From: Bacteroidales bacterium
GTDB lineage: Bacteria > Bacteroidota > Bacteroidia > Bacteroidales > JBDKHP01
Assembly (NCBI GenBank): GCA_965230435.1
Contig: CBDDLB010000002.1
Location: 598,706 to 662,705, forward strand
Reading direction: 5' to 3'
Length of the DNA stretch: 64,000 nucleotides
Part shown: piece after piece, positions 39,120-49,015 of the stretch
How the letters are laid out: each line of letters begins with the position of its first letter
Numbering within the stretch: position 1 is the stretch's first letter
Notes under the pieces: model-generated
Told to the model about the DNA's origin: nothing
Databases searched by the model: none
The model's input: the letters and a program-made list of their open reading frames with translations, nothing else
Position numbers and translations under genes: made by a program

Positions 39120-40296
39120 TACTCTACCCGACTGTTTTTAAATTATTGCATATTCTCGTGACGGCTAGTTCAATAGCCATTTTAACAGGTTCAGTTATTT
39201 TACGTTTGAAGAACTCCCTCATTAAGTTCAACCCTCTTCTGAACACGCTATACTGAGGATAACCGTGCTTTTTTCTTTTGACAGGGTTCTTTTTCCCGTC
39301 CTGAATACCTGTTGCCCAGCACAAAGTATAGGCTATCGACACTACGGCAAAAAGCTTTCGGTATTTTTTCAGGTCCTGCAGGCAGGAGTCTTCCATATTA
39401 AAACCTCTTGCCTTCAAGGCCTGAAAGAATACTTCTATCGGCCATCGGCGTTTATAGGACCCCGTCAGTTCACCGCAAGGTACTGTCCCGATCAAAAACA
39501 ACAGTTCGCCGTCCTTACCATAAGTCAGGGACAGGTTAACAATTACGTTATCAACAATCACATTTTCGGCATAAAAAGTTTTCCTGTCCCCCAGTAGTTC
39601 CTCTGCACTGGCAACCGTTCCCTCTGCCAGTGTTATCTTATGGTTTTTCGGCACTCTTACACAGAAGTTTATCCCTTTCTTTCTTAACCATGAAAGCCAT
39701 TTGTTGCCAACGAATTCACGGTCCATCACCAGCATGCTGATCCTATCGGGCCCGACAATCCCAATGATGGATTTCAACAGCCCTATTCGGTCGTCAGCAT
39801 TACTGTTCCCGCTATTATTGTCAAGCATTTCAAAATAAATGGGCACTGCCATTTTTCCGATACTCACAACCGCGCACAGGATATTTACCCGTGTCCTGCC
39901 GAAGTCCCATTCCGTCCTGTCTATACTGATCAGTAGGCGGTCATGGTGCACAAAGCCCATCAGAAAGACACCTAACATTAGATAATCAAAATTGACCTTC
40001 TCGAAAAAATCCTGTATCCGCCTTTCTATCGATTCTACCTTGGCACCGCTTTCTATTTTGTCCGCTATCTGTGAAAAAACTACAGAGCGGCTCTTGATAA
40101 TCCCTGCTGTCAGTTCACATATAAACTCCTGCCTCTTTTTGTGCTTTACTATCCCTAGGTTACGAATTAATTCATATATATTTGTTTGTGGACATTGCTC
40201 CATGCTGAAAAGTTGTTTTTTTGGTGTAGGAACCACAAAATTCAACTTTTCTTTTTACCTCTCGAAATCAGAATTCATAAACAGTCGGGTAGAGTA
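39120..40296 (-). mobile_element. IS4-family insertion sequence (1177 bp) with perfect 18-bp terminal inverted repeats and a 9-bp target-site duplication
   Basis: The inverted repeats are TACTCTACCCGACTGTTT (39120-39137) and AAACAGTCGGGTAGAGTA (40279-40296). The flanking direct repeat ACATACTAC occurs at 39111-39119 and 40297-40305. Confidence 0.92.
39124..40203 (-). CDS. IS4-family DDE transposase
   Basis: The probable ATG start is at 40203 (MEQCPQTN...); the track ORF starts at a TTG at 40245. It has DDE-type blocks (ISIDRTEW, LVMDREF) and the Y-x2-R-x3-E-x6-K signature YKRRWPIEVFFQALK. The stop codon lies inside the left terminal inverted repeat. Confidence 0.88.
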   Translation of the reverse strand: MEQCPQTNIYELIRNLGIVKHKKRQEFICELTAGIIKSRSVVFSQIADKIESGAKVESIERRIQDFFEKVNFDYLMLGVFLMGFVHHDRLLISIDRTEWDFGRTRVNILCAVVSIGKMAVPIYFEMLDNNSGNSNADDRIGLLKSIIGIVGPDRISMLVMDREFVGNKWLSWLRKKGINFCVRVPKNHKITLAEGTVASAEELLGDRKTFYAENVIVDNVIVNLSLTYGKDGELLFLIGTVPCGELTGSYKRRWPIEVFFQALKARGFNMEDSCLQDLKKYRKLFAVVSIAYTLCWATGIQDGKKNPVKRKKHGYPQYSVFRRGLNLMREFFKRKITEPVKMAIELAVTRICNNLKTVG

Positions 40297-40340
40297 ACAT
40301 ACTACATCACCCAAGGATTAAAATTCGGGTTACCCGCACA

Positions 40341-40960
40341 GTTTTGAACTAGGGTAAACGCATCAAAAATATTACATATTGAAAACCAAAGGTTTTCAAA
40401 TAAAAGGCGTAGTCTTTTGACTCCCCGCCTTAAAAAAGGAGGGGGTGAGGGTGATTGTATAGCACAAAAATATATTTGTATCATTATTAACACCTTATGA
40501 TTTGGAAAGGCTGTAGTCCAGAATTTAGCTTATATGTAACGGTTATAATTCTAAACTTCTTTGCTTCTGAAGAATCGTTTAGAAAATAACACATCGGACA
40601 TGTACATGACTATTTCAGACTTGAATTTACAGGAATAAAAAATCAGTAATTTCATTCCCCTCCTCTCCGAGGAGGGGGTAGGGGTGGTGTTCATACAATA
40701 CTATTGATAGATTACAAAATACAACCACCCCTACCCCTCCTTTTTTAAGGAGGGGAGCTGAAAAGCGTTGCTTTTCGTTGAAACCTTCGGTTTCATTATT
40801 CCTGTAAATTCATTGCCTAAATCGTATCAGTCAAATTATAGACTACAGCCTTTGGAAATAAAAAACCACCCCTAACCCCTCAAAAAGGCGGGGAACTGAA
40901 AGACTTCGTCTTTCGAGAAAACCTTCGGATTTCGTTTTGATATGTTCACCCTAGTTTTGG
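40341..40960. repeat. ~620-bp imperfect foldback built of nested inverted repeats and three to four copies of a hairpin-rich module
   Basis: Arm pairs are GTTTTGAACTAGGGTAAAC (40341) / GTTCACCCTAGTTTTGG (40944), module 40381-40470 inverted relative to 40861-40935, GGAAAGGCTGTAGTC (40504) / GACTACAGCCTTTGG (40841), and TTACAGGAATAA (40628) / TTATTCCTGTAA (40796). GGTAGGGGTGGT (40677) / ACCACCCCTACC (40724) is flanked by the CCCCTCC..GGAGGGG hairpins. Confidence 0.85.
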
Positions 40961-41827
40961 ACAGCCCGATAGACTTGCTATTCTAACGAAAGAACGGCAA
41001 GCCTATCGGTAAGCTATTTTTTACTGAAGTGTCCAACTTTATACGGATAACCAAAATTCGAAATACAGCGCCAGATTAGCTTATTTTTCAACTTCACTTA
41101 TAAACTATAAAACTAGCTCACTTCATCAGCAAAACAAACACATTTCTCCAAAAACATCACCCTATGCTTAACCCCATTTTCTAGCTAACACTATAATTTT
41201 GAACTCCAGAAAGATATTTACACCATAACAGCAAAAAAACCATTAAAAATCTCACTCTTAAAAATAAACATTTGCCTTGCACACAGTCACAAATTAGCAT
41301 CCCACACAAAACACTCCTTAGAAATCATAAGCTACTGTTAGCACTTTGTTTGTGCGCTAACAGATAAAATCTCTACCAAAACACAACATTCTTCTTAGAA
41401 TTCATTATTGCGAATTTTCGCTAAAGCTGTAATAGATCATTGTTTTAGTCTACAATACAAAAGTTGTCTCTATAACATATCTAAAATTTACGCATACAAT
41501 CAACTTATAATCAACGCATTTTAAACATTATCATTTGTTAGGCAATAAACAGGTTGTAGAACATATTTGCCCTTTCATATTTACATCGCCAGAATTGTAT
41601 TTTCAGCGAAAATTTTCAGTCCAATGTAACACAAATGTTAAGAAAAAAACGTAATAAGCATATATACAAAAGCTTAAAACGGAGCTTTGAGAATGATGAT
41701 CTAGCGAAAATCCACTATTTAGAATGAATATAAATTAAATATTTCATACAAATAATATTGCTCTATTTCAGAACTTAAAGGCACTGAACATAAACACGTT
41801 GTTACAGAAAAGACACAACAAAGAGAA

Positions 41828-42295
41828 ATGGGAAACAAAATCGACCGAATAGAACACGAAGGCGTTGTAGAGGAAGTATTTCCAGACAAGCTAATTGTCA
41901 ATATACTGCAACAAAGCTCATGTGCCTCTTGTGCTGTCAAAGGAGCATGCAATGCCGCAGAATCTACAAACAAAGAGGTAGAAATTTCCGACTTCTCCGG
42001 TCAGTTCCAACAAGGAGAATACGTAAACGTGTACTTCGAGCGCACACTTGGCTTCAAAGCCCTTTTCTTGGCCTACGTTATTCCTCTGTTGCTTCTGGTA
42101 ACAATATTAATACTAGGGACAGTCATTTTCGAAGATGAAGCAATTGCAGGCATTGTTTCGTTAATCAGCCTATTGCCGTACTACAGCATCTTATACCTAA
42201 CACGCAACAAAATCAAGAAAGAATTCTCGTTCCGTGTCGAAAAAAAGCAGGCAAACGCATTCCATAAAAAGAGCGTGAACAGTTTGTCGAGCTAG
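41828..42295 (+). CDS. RseC/MucC-family (SoxR-reducing system) membrane protein, first gene of the rnf cluster
   Basis: The N-terminus is IEHEGVVEEVFPDKLIVNILQQSSCASCAVKGACN, followed by two TM segments. This is the typical RseC architecture upstream of rnfB. Confidence 0.75.
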   Translation: MGNKIDRIEHEGVVEEVFPDKLIVNILQQSSCASCAVKGACNAAESTNKEVEISDFSGQFQQGEYVNVYFERTLGFKALFLAYVIPLLLLVTILILGTVIFEDEAIAGIVSLISLLPYYSILYLTRNKIKKEFSFRVEKKQANAFHKKSVNSLSS

Positions 42296-42389
42296 GTCAG
42301 CAAAGCCATCAATAAGTTAAGAATACAATTTTCATAACAGAACAATTCATAACTCACAGGTCCTACGACCTTATAAAAACACTAAAACA

Positions 42390-43373
42390 ATGAGTCCAAT
42401 CATTATCGCAACAATTACCACTGTTGTAGCCTTGGGCATAGTAGCTGCACTGATTTTATATTTCGCTGCGCAAAAGTTCAAAGTATTCGAAGACCCGCGA
42501 ATAGATCAAGTAGAAGAGGCACTGCCCGGTGCCAATTGTGGAGGATGTGGTTATCCCGGATGTCGCCCCTTTGCCGAAGCCTGTGTAAAAGCAGACGAAC
42601 TATCAGCACTGTTCTGCCCTGTTGGAGGTAATGACTGCATGACCGATGTTGCCAACGTACTTGGCAAAGAAGCCGTAGAAAAAGAACCAATGGTGGCTGT
42701 TCTTCGCTGCCACGGAACACTCAACAACAGAGCCAAAACCAACGAATACGATGGAGCTTCCAATTGTACATTAGCATCGAACCTATATTCAGGCGACACA
42801 GGCTGTCAACACGGCTGCTTAGGACTAGGAGAATGCGTAGATGTCTGCGATTTCAATGCATTGCATATGGATCCGGAAACAGGACTGCCCGTTGTAAACC
42901 AAGACAATTGTACTGCCTGCAACGCCTGCGTGGAAGTATGTCCGAAAAACCTTTTCGAACTCCGCAAAAAAGGGAAAAAAGACCGCCGTATTTATGTTGC
43001 CTGTATGAGTGTTGAAAAAGGTGGCATGGCAAAAAAAGCGTGCGACACAGCTTGTATCGGTTGCAAGAAATGCGTAAAAGTATGTAAGCCAGAAGCCATT
43101 AATGTAGAAAATTTCTTAGCTTATATCGACTTCAATAAATGCGTATTGTGCCGTAAATGCGTTGAAGAATGTCCTACTAATGCCATTCACGAAGTTAACT
43201 TTCCTCCGCGCAAACCTAAAGCAGCTAAGCCTGCGGTAGAAAAACCTGCTAAACCTGAACTACCACAAAGCGGCGAAAAAATAGACCTTGCAAAAATGGC
43301 GAAAGAAAAAGAGATGCTGAAAAACGAAAAACCTCAGGACGAAACGCCAGACAGCAAAGCTGCTGAAGAGTAA
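42390..43373 (+). CDS. rnfB: Rnf electron transport complex subunit B (polyferredoxin)
   Basis: It has an N-terminal TM segment, the motif GANCGGCGYPGCRPFAEA, and several CxxCxxCxxxCP 4Fe-4S motifs. There is a K/P/E-rich C-terminal tail. Confidence 0.9.
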   Translation: MSPIIIATITTVVALGIVAALILYFAAQKFKVFEDPRIDQVEEALPGANCGGCGYPGCRPFAEACVKADELSALFCPVGGNDCMTDVANVLGKEAVEKEPMVAVLRCHGTLNNRAKTNEYDGASNCTLASNLYSGDTGCQHGCLGLGECVDVCDFNALHMDPETGLPVVNQDNCTACNACVEVCPKNLFELRKKGKKDRRIYVACMSVEKGGMAKKACDTACIGCKKCVKVCKPEAINVENFLAYIDFNKCVLCRKCVEECPTNAIHEVNFPPRKPKAAKPAVEKPAKPELPQSGEKIDLAKMAKEKEMLKNEKPQDETPDSKAAEE

Positions 43374-43443
43374 AAGTTGCACTATTTTCTAGAGACTCAG
43401 TAAATTAAGAAATAACTATAATAATAATCCAAGTTGTCCTATA

Positions 43444-44811
43444 TTGCTGACAACTCAAAATATACCAACCGTGTTAAAGACATTCCCTAAAGGCGGTATA
43501 CACCCACCAGAGAACAAGTTCTCTGAAAAAGCAACCATAGAAGCTATTGTTCCAGAAGAAGGTACAGTTGTATCTATTCCTGTTTCGCAGCACATTGGAG
43601 CACCGGCACAAGTTGTTGTAAAAAAAGGCGACGAAGTAAAAGTCGGAACACTGATTGCAAAATCAGGCGGCTTTATTTCTGCCAACATTCACTCATCCGT
43701 TTCAGGTAAAGTTCAGAAAATCGATACAGTAATGGACAGCTCTGGCTACAAGCGTCAGGCCGTAATCATTAGTGTTTATGGAGACGAATGGGAAGAAACC
43801 ATCGACCGATCTACAGACATCATAAAAACTATTGCTGCCACTCCCGAAGAAATCACAAAGAAGGTAGGCGAAGCAGGTATTGTTGGACTTGGTGGTGCAA
43901 CTTTCCCATCGCACGTGAAGTTGATGCCTCCTAAGGGGACAACACCAGAAGTGCTTGTTGTAAACGGAGTGGAATGCGAGCCATATTTAACTTCAGACCA
44001 CCGCCTTATGCTCGAAAAAGGAGAAGAAATGCTGATCGGCGTTGAAATCCTAAAGAAAGCTCTTGGCATTACAAAAGCAATTATCGGAATCGAAAACAAT
44101 AAAAAAGATGCAATTGAGCACCTTTCAAAGTTAGCTTCATCTTATTCTGGAACAGAAATACAACCGTTAAAAGTTCAGTACCCACAAGGAGGGGAAAAAC
44201 AACTGATTAAGGCTGTTATGGGACGCGAAGTTCCTTCTGGTGCGCTTCCAATCGCAGTTGGTGCTGTGGTACAGAACGTAGGTACTTGCTACGCGGTTTA
44301 CGAGGCTATTCAGAAAAACAAACCTCTTATTGAGCGCGTGATCACCATTACCGGCAAATCCGTAAAACGTCCGTCGAACTTCTTGGCACGTATCGGAATG
44401 CCGCTAAACGTACTGGTGGAAAAAGCAGGCGGATTACCAGAGGACACTGGCAAAGTAATTAGCGGTGGCCCAATGATGGGGAAAGCACTGAACACGATAG
44501 ATGTACCAATGGCAAAAGGTTCGTCGGGACTTCTTATTCTTCCAAAAGAAGAAAGCACCCGCAAGGAAATGAAACCATGCATCCGCTGTTCGAAATGTGT
44601 TTCTGTTTGCCCAATGGGACTTGAACCGTATCTTCTGATGACAACAGGTCAGAAACGTTTGTGGGATCGTGCAGAGGCTGAACATATAATGGACTGCATC
44701 GAATGCGGGTCGTGCTCGTACACATGTCCATCCGACCGTCCGCTGCTCGACTACATCCGTTTGAGCAAAGGTACTGTAGGCAAAATCATAAGAGCGCGGA
44801 AGAATAATTAA
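43444..44811 (+). CDS. rnfC: Rnf electron transport complex subunit C
   Basis: Motifs are LKTFPKGGIHPPENK, GIVGLGGATFP, and two ferredoxin motifs CIRCSKCVSVCP and CIECGSCSYTCP. There is no ATG at the 5' end; the start is TTG 43444 or GTG 43471. Confidence 0.88.
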   Translation: MLTTQNIPTVLKTFPKGGIHPPENKFSEKATIEAIVPEEGTVVSIPVSQHIGAPAQVVVKKGDEVKVGTLIAKSGGFISANIHSSVSGKVQKIDTVMDSSGYKRQAVIISVYGDEWEETIDRSTDIIKTIAATPEEITKKVGEAGIVGLGGATFPSHVKLMPPKGTTPEVLVVNGVECEPYLTSDHRLMLEKGEEMLIGVEILKKALGITKAIIGIENNKKDAIEHLSKLASSYSGTEIQPLKVQYPQGGEKQLIKAVMGREVPSGALPIAVGAVVQNVGTCYAVYEAIQKNKPLIERVITITGKSVKRPSNFLARIGMPLNVLVEKAGGLPEDTGKVISGGPMMGKALNTIDVPMAKGSSGLLILPKEESTRKEMKPCIRCSKCVSVCPMGLEPYLLMTTGQKRLWDRAEAEHIMDCIECGSCSYTCPSDRPLLDYIRLSKGTVGKIIRARKNN

Positions 44812-45138
44812 GCAAAACTGTTAACCAGAAAGTGATTTCTACTAGAAAAGCTTTGATTTTCTATACATCTAAGGGGAATAACCCCTATGCTTTGTGCTGA
44901 TGTCCCTAATTTAAGAAACAGAACGGTGTAGATTACAGCAAATAACTATACATCTTTGTTCTATAACATTCTTGTTTCGAATCAAAGCCAATTCTAGAAA
45001 GATGAATTACTTTAGCTAAAAATCGGTTTCAAACGCACAACTGGACTTCGGCTAATTTTGGCCGACCGACCGTTTGACAAAAGCTGACATTTTTCGGTTT
45101 CCATACATAGTTTTTCTTAAGCACTAACACACGAAATC

Positions 45139-45993
45139 ATGGGTGACTTTCTGAACTTCAAATTGCTGCAATCCAGCAACTTTGTTTTGACTGTCTATGA
45201 TCTTTTGATAGCTCTTGTTATTATGGCCATAACCATGATAATCTTAAGGATTGTCAAACGGGTTGTTCAACGCTTAAAAAAACAGGATTCTGCAAATGGG
45301 ATGTACTGGTCTATCTATCTGATTGTCCGCTATATCATCTGGACAATAGTAGCCATCCTCCTATTAGACACCGTTGGAGTGAAAATTTCGGTACTTCTGG
45401 CCAGTATCACGGCTTTGCTTGTGGGACTTGGGCTGGGTATCCAACAGCTTTTCAATGACGTAGCGTCGGGCATTGTAATGATAGTCGAACGAAATGTACA
45501 GATAGATGATGTGATTGAGCTAGAGGATGGTACTGTTGGACGGGTACTCGACATCGGTTTGCGGACGTCGAAACTGAAAACCCGCGACGACATCATCTGG
45601 ATCGTCCCAAACTCAAAATTTGTAAACGAAAAGGTAATTAACTGGAGCCACATCTCCGAACGTAATAGATTTCACGTTAGCGTTGGTGTAGCTTATGGCT
45701 CGGATGTGGAACTTGTAAGGGAAGTTTTACTTAGTTGTGTTTCTCTTCACGAAGAGATAGAACAAAGTCCAGCGCCGTTTGTACGTTTCAAAGAGTTTGG
45801 TAATTCATCGCTCGATTTTCAGCTTTTTTTCTGGGTTCGGGATTCTTTCCGTGTCGAAAACACCAAGAGCGATCTGCGCTTTCTTATCGACAGGGCATTC
45901 CGTAGAGCTGGGGTACAAATTCCGTTCTCCCAGCAGGATATTCATTTTAAGAATCCAATCCGTGTTCAAATGGAACAGACAGATGAACCCTAA
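45139..45993 (+). CDS. MscS-family mechanosensitive ion channel, located between rnfC and rnfD
   Basis: TM helices are followed by GLGIQQLFNDVASGIVMIVERNVQIDDVIELEDGTVGRVLDIGLRTSKLKTRDD..IVPNSKF, which is the MscS beta-domain signature. Confidence 0.85.
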   Translation: MGDFLNFKLLQSSNFVLTVYDLLIALVIMAITMIILRIVKRVVQRLKKQDSANGMYWSIYLIVRYIIWTIVAILLLDTVGVKISVLLASITALLVGLGLGIQQLFNDVASGIVMIVERNVQIDDVIELEDGTVGRVLDIGLRTSKLKTRDDIIWIVPNSKFVNEKVINWSHISERNRFHVSVGVAYGSDVELVREVLLSCVSLHEEIEQSPAPFVRFKEFGNSSLDFQLFFWVRDSFRVENTKSDLRFLIDRAFRRAGVQIPFSQQDIHFKNPIRVQMEQTDEP

Positions 45994-46096
45994 GGTTTGT
46001 AACGAGGTGAAAAACGGTTTATGAAAAATCACCCAGCAAACACATTCAAAGAGAAAAGAAAAAACAATAAATAAATTATAAAACAGAACAAAAACC

Positions 46097-47089
46097 ATGA
46101 GCAAGTTCCTGACAGTGTCGCCATCGCCACACGTCCACGGTTCGCAATCGGTAGATAAAATTATGCTTGGCGTGATTTATTCTATGATTCCAGCCTTGGC
46201 CGTTTCCATTTATTTCTTTGGCCTTGGTGCTATCTATGTAACACTGGTGTCGGTAGCCTCGGCTATGCTATTCGAATACCTGATTTCTAAATTTCTTTTA
46301 AAACAAAAACCAACCCTAAACGATGGTTCGGCAGCTCTTACAGGTCTGCTCTTGGCGTTTAACGTGCCAACAAACCTGCCGATACATATTATTCTTATAG
46401 GTAGCCTTGTTGCTATTGGTGTTGGAAAAATGTCTTTCGGGGGATTAGGCCAAAACCCATTCAACCCAGCTTTGGTAGGTCGTGTTTTCTTACTGATCTC
46501 ATTCCCTGTGCAAATGACAAGCTGGCCAAAACCTGCTCCGCTTTCATTCACCCTAGATGCAACTACAGGGGCTACTCCTCTTGCAGTTATGAAAGAGGGA
46601 TTGAAAAAAGGAGAAAGTGCTTCTGCCCTCCTAGAGCAAATTCCTGATTATGTAAACCTGCTAATCGGTTACATGGGTGGTTCTATGGGTGAGATTTCGG
46701 CTCTAGCTCTGCTACTTGGTTTTGCTTTCATGCTTTATAAAAAAATCATTACATGGCATATCCCAATTGCTGTAATCGGAACAGTAGCTGCATTCACAGG
46801 TATACTTTGGGGAATTGATAGCGCAAAATTCGCAGATCCGTTGTTCCATGTACTTGCCGGTGGACTGATGCTTGGTGCTATTTACATGGCTACCGATATG
46901 GTTACTTCTCCAATGTCTGTTAAAGGACAATTGATTTACGCCGTTGGAATTGGTCTTTTAACCGTAATCATACGTGTATGGGGAGCTTACCCAGAAGGTA
47001 TTTCATTTGCAATCCTGCTAATGAATGCATGGACTCCTTTAATCAACCGATACTTGAAACCTTCACGCTTCGGGGAACAACAAGGTTAA
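46097..47089 (+). CDS. rnfD: Rnf electron transport complex subunit D
   Basis: SPSPHVHGSQSVDKIM... is followed by a polytopic membrane region containing GATPLA and MATDMVTSP. This is RnfD/NqrB family. Confidence 0.9.
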   Translation: MSKFLTVSPSPHVHGSQSVDKIMLGVIYSMIPALAVSIYFFGLGAIYVTLVSVASAMLFEYLISKFLLKQKPTLNDGSAALTGLLLAFNVPTNLPIHIILIGSLVAIGVGKMSFGGLGQNPFNPALVGRVFLLISFPVQMTSWPKPAPLSFTLDATTGATPLAVMKEGLKKGESASALLEQIPDYVNLLIGYMGGSMGEISALALLLGFAFMLYKKIITWHIPIAVIGTVAAFTGILWGIDSAKFADPLFHVLAGGLMLGAIYMATDMVTSPMSVKGQLIYAVGIGLLTVIIRVWGAYPEGISFAILLMNAWTPLINRYLKPSRFGEQQG

Positions 47090-47131
47090 TCTTGAGTTTG
47101 GTAAAAACTCAGCATTCAAAATATTTTAGAA

Positions 47132-47716
47132 ATGGCAAAAAAAGAATCTACACTTATAAATATGGTGGTCGCGCTTGGGGTAATTACTCTGGTTGCTTCT
47201 GCCACCTTAGGTTTTGTGTACGAACTCACAAAAGAGCCCATTGCTTTAGCAAAACTTAAAAAGCTGAACAATGCCATCAAAATGGTGACTCCCGAGTTCG
47301 ACAACCAACCAGGCGAAGAGAAGTACGAACTAGCAAACGGCGACGACGAAAAGCTAATCTGTTACCCTGCCCGCACAGGCCAAGAGCTTGTAGGCACGGC
47401 AATCCGTACATACAGCGATTTAGGGTTTACGCGCCGCATCTACATTATGGTAGGCTTCGACAAAGCTGGCAAAATCATCAATACATCGGTGCTAGACCAC
47501 GCAGAAACACCGGGACTTGGTGATAAGATGGACAAAAAGAAATCGGACTGGAGCAAGCAGTTCAACGAAAAAGATCCTAAAACATTCAAACTACAAGTAA
47601 CCAAAGACGGCGGCAATGTTGACGCAATTACAGCAGCAACAATCAGCTCTCGCGCATTTACCGATGCTGTAGACCGTGCTTACAAAGCTTACATGAAAGG
47701 AGGAAAACATGAATAG
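47132..47716 (+). CDS. rnfG: Rnf electron transport complex subunit G (FMN-binding)
   Basis: It has a single N-terminal TM segment, ETPGLG, and the FMN attachment-type motif [12 protein letters not shown]. Confidence 0.88.
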   Translation: MAKKESTLINMVVALGVITLVASATLGFVYELTKEPIALAKLKKLNNAIKMVTPEFDNQPGEEKYELANGDDEKLICYPARTGQELVGTAIRTYSDLGFTRRIYIMVGFDKAGKIINTSVLDHAETPGLGDKMDKKKSDWSKQFNEKDPKTFKLQVTKDGGNVDAITAATISSRAFTDAVDRAYKAYMKGGKHE

Positions 47717-48293
47717 AATGAACATATTCACACGTGGTTTCTTAAAAGAAAACCCAGTATTCGTCCTACTTCTTGGACTATGCCCTGTGTTGGGAACTAC
47801 TACCTCGGCCATAAACGGCATGGGCATGGGACTTGCAACTACATTCGTTCTCGTGATGTCGAACATGGTAGTTTCACTTATCAAAGGTTTCATTCCAGAT
47901 AAAGTTCGTATTCCTTCGTTCATTGTTGTTATTGCATCGTTCGTTACTATTGTTGAGCTAACCATGCAGGCTTATCTGCCTTCGCTTTTTGATGCTTTGG
48001 GACTTTTCATCCCGTTGATTGTTGTAAACTGTCTTATTTTAGGGCGTGCCGAAGCTTTTGCTGCCAAAAACGGCTTCCTAAATTCACTAATAGATGGTAT
48101 AAGCATGGGACTTGGTTTCACTTTCGCACTTACATTGCTTGGTGCTGTACGTGAGGTATTGGGTAGCGGTTCTATTTTCGACATGAAATTCATGAACGGC
48201 GATGGCATGTTGGTATTCGTTCTTGCACCGGGAGCTTTCCTTGGGCTGGGTTACCTAATTGCAATCTTAAACCGCGTTAACAAAGCAAAGTGA
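47709..48293 (+). CDS. rnfE: Rnf electron transport complex subunit E
   Basis: Motifs [27 protein letters not shown] and [18 protein letters not shown] place it in the RnfE/NqrD family. It overlaps rnfG by 8 bp. Confidence 0.9.
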   Translation: MNRMNIFTRGFLKENPVFVLLLGLCPVLGTTTSAINGMGMGLATTFVLVMSNMVVSLIKGFIPDKVRIPSFIVVIASFVTIVELTMQAYLPSLFDALGLFIPLIVVNCLILGRAEAFAAKNGFLNSLIDGISMGLGFTFALTLLGAVREVLGSGSIFDMKFMNGDGMLVFVLAPGAFLGLGYLIAILNRVNKAK

Positions 48294-48317
48294 ATTAATC
48301 ATTCATAATTTCAAGAA

Positions 48318-48893
48318 ATGGAAATTCTATTAATCATCATATCGGCCATTTTCGTCAACAACATTGTGTTGTCGAAGTTTTTAGGTATTTGCCCGTTCAT
48401 GGGTGTTTCTACAAAAGTATCTACTGCTGTCGGAATGACAGGCGCTGTTACTTTTGTAATGGTAATTGCCACAATAGTCACTTACCTTATTCAGCACTAC
48501 ATATTAGTGCCGCACGACATCGAATTCATGCGTACCATTACATTCATTTTGGTAATCGCATCGCTAGTGCAGCTTGTGGAGATTGTTTTGAAAAAGGTAA
48601 GTCCTTCGCTATATCAAGCATTAGGAATCTTCCTTCCGCTTATTACTACAAACTGTGCGGTGCTGGGTGTAGCTATCTTGGCTGCCACTAACAAAGATTT
48701 CGGACTGGTGGAATCGGTTGTTTTTGCAATTGCTAATGCTCTTGGTTTCGGCCTTTCATTAATCACATTCTCTGGCCTTAGGGAGCATCTGGATCTAATG
48801 GAAGTGCCCAAAGGTATGAAAGGCGTACCGATTGCATTTATCGTTGCTGGCATTTTGGCTTTGGCTTTTATGGGCTTTGCTGGGTTGGCTTAA
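48318..48893 (+). CDS. rnfA: Rnf electron transport complex subunit A
   Basis: Motifs [20 protein letters not shown] and [14 protein letters not shown] place it in the RnfA/NqrE family. Confidence 0.9.
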   Translation: MEILLIIISAIFVNNIVLSKFLGICPFMGVSTKVSTAVGMTGAVTFVMVIATIVTYLIQHYILVPHDIEFMRTITFILVIASLVQLVEIVLKKVSPSLYQALGIFLPLITTNCAVLGVAILAATNKDFGLVESVVFAIANALGFGLSLITFSGLREHLDLMEVPKGMKGVPIAFIVAGILALAFMGFAGLA

Positions 48894-48940
48894 TTTTAGC
48901 AGTGACCACATTAATTCCGTACTCACACAAACTATATACA

Positions 48941-48971
48941 AAGGGCATTAACAATGCCCTTTTTGCTTTTT
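48941..48971 (+). terminator. Rho-independent terminator after rnfA
   Basis: A 9-bp stem AAGGGCATT / AATGCCCTT (48941-48949, 48953-48961) is followed by TTTTGCTTTTT. Confidence 0.7.
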
Positions 48972-49015
48972 GAATATCCAGCTCAATCCATCACACCTCC
49001 AGTATTGAGCCGTTC

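Noticed and set aside
40381-40935. Repeated ~45-90-bp modules that might look like a CRISPR array.
   Set aside because: The copies are in mixed orientation, irregularly spaced and only 70-85% similar. They are arranged as a palindrome, and no cas genes are nearby.
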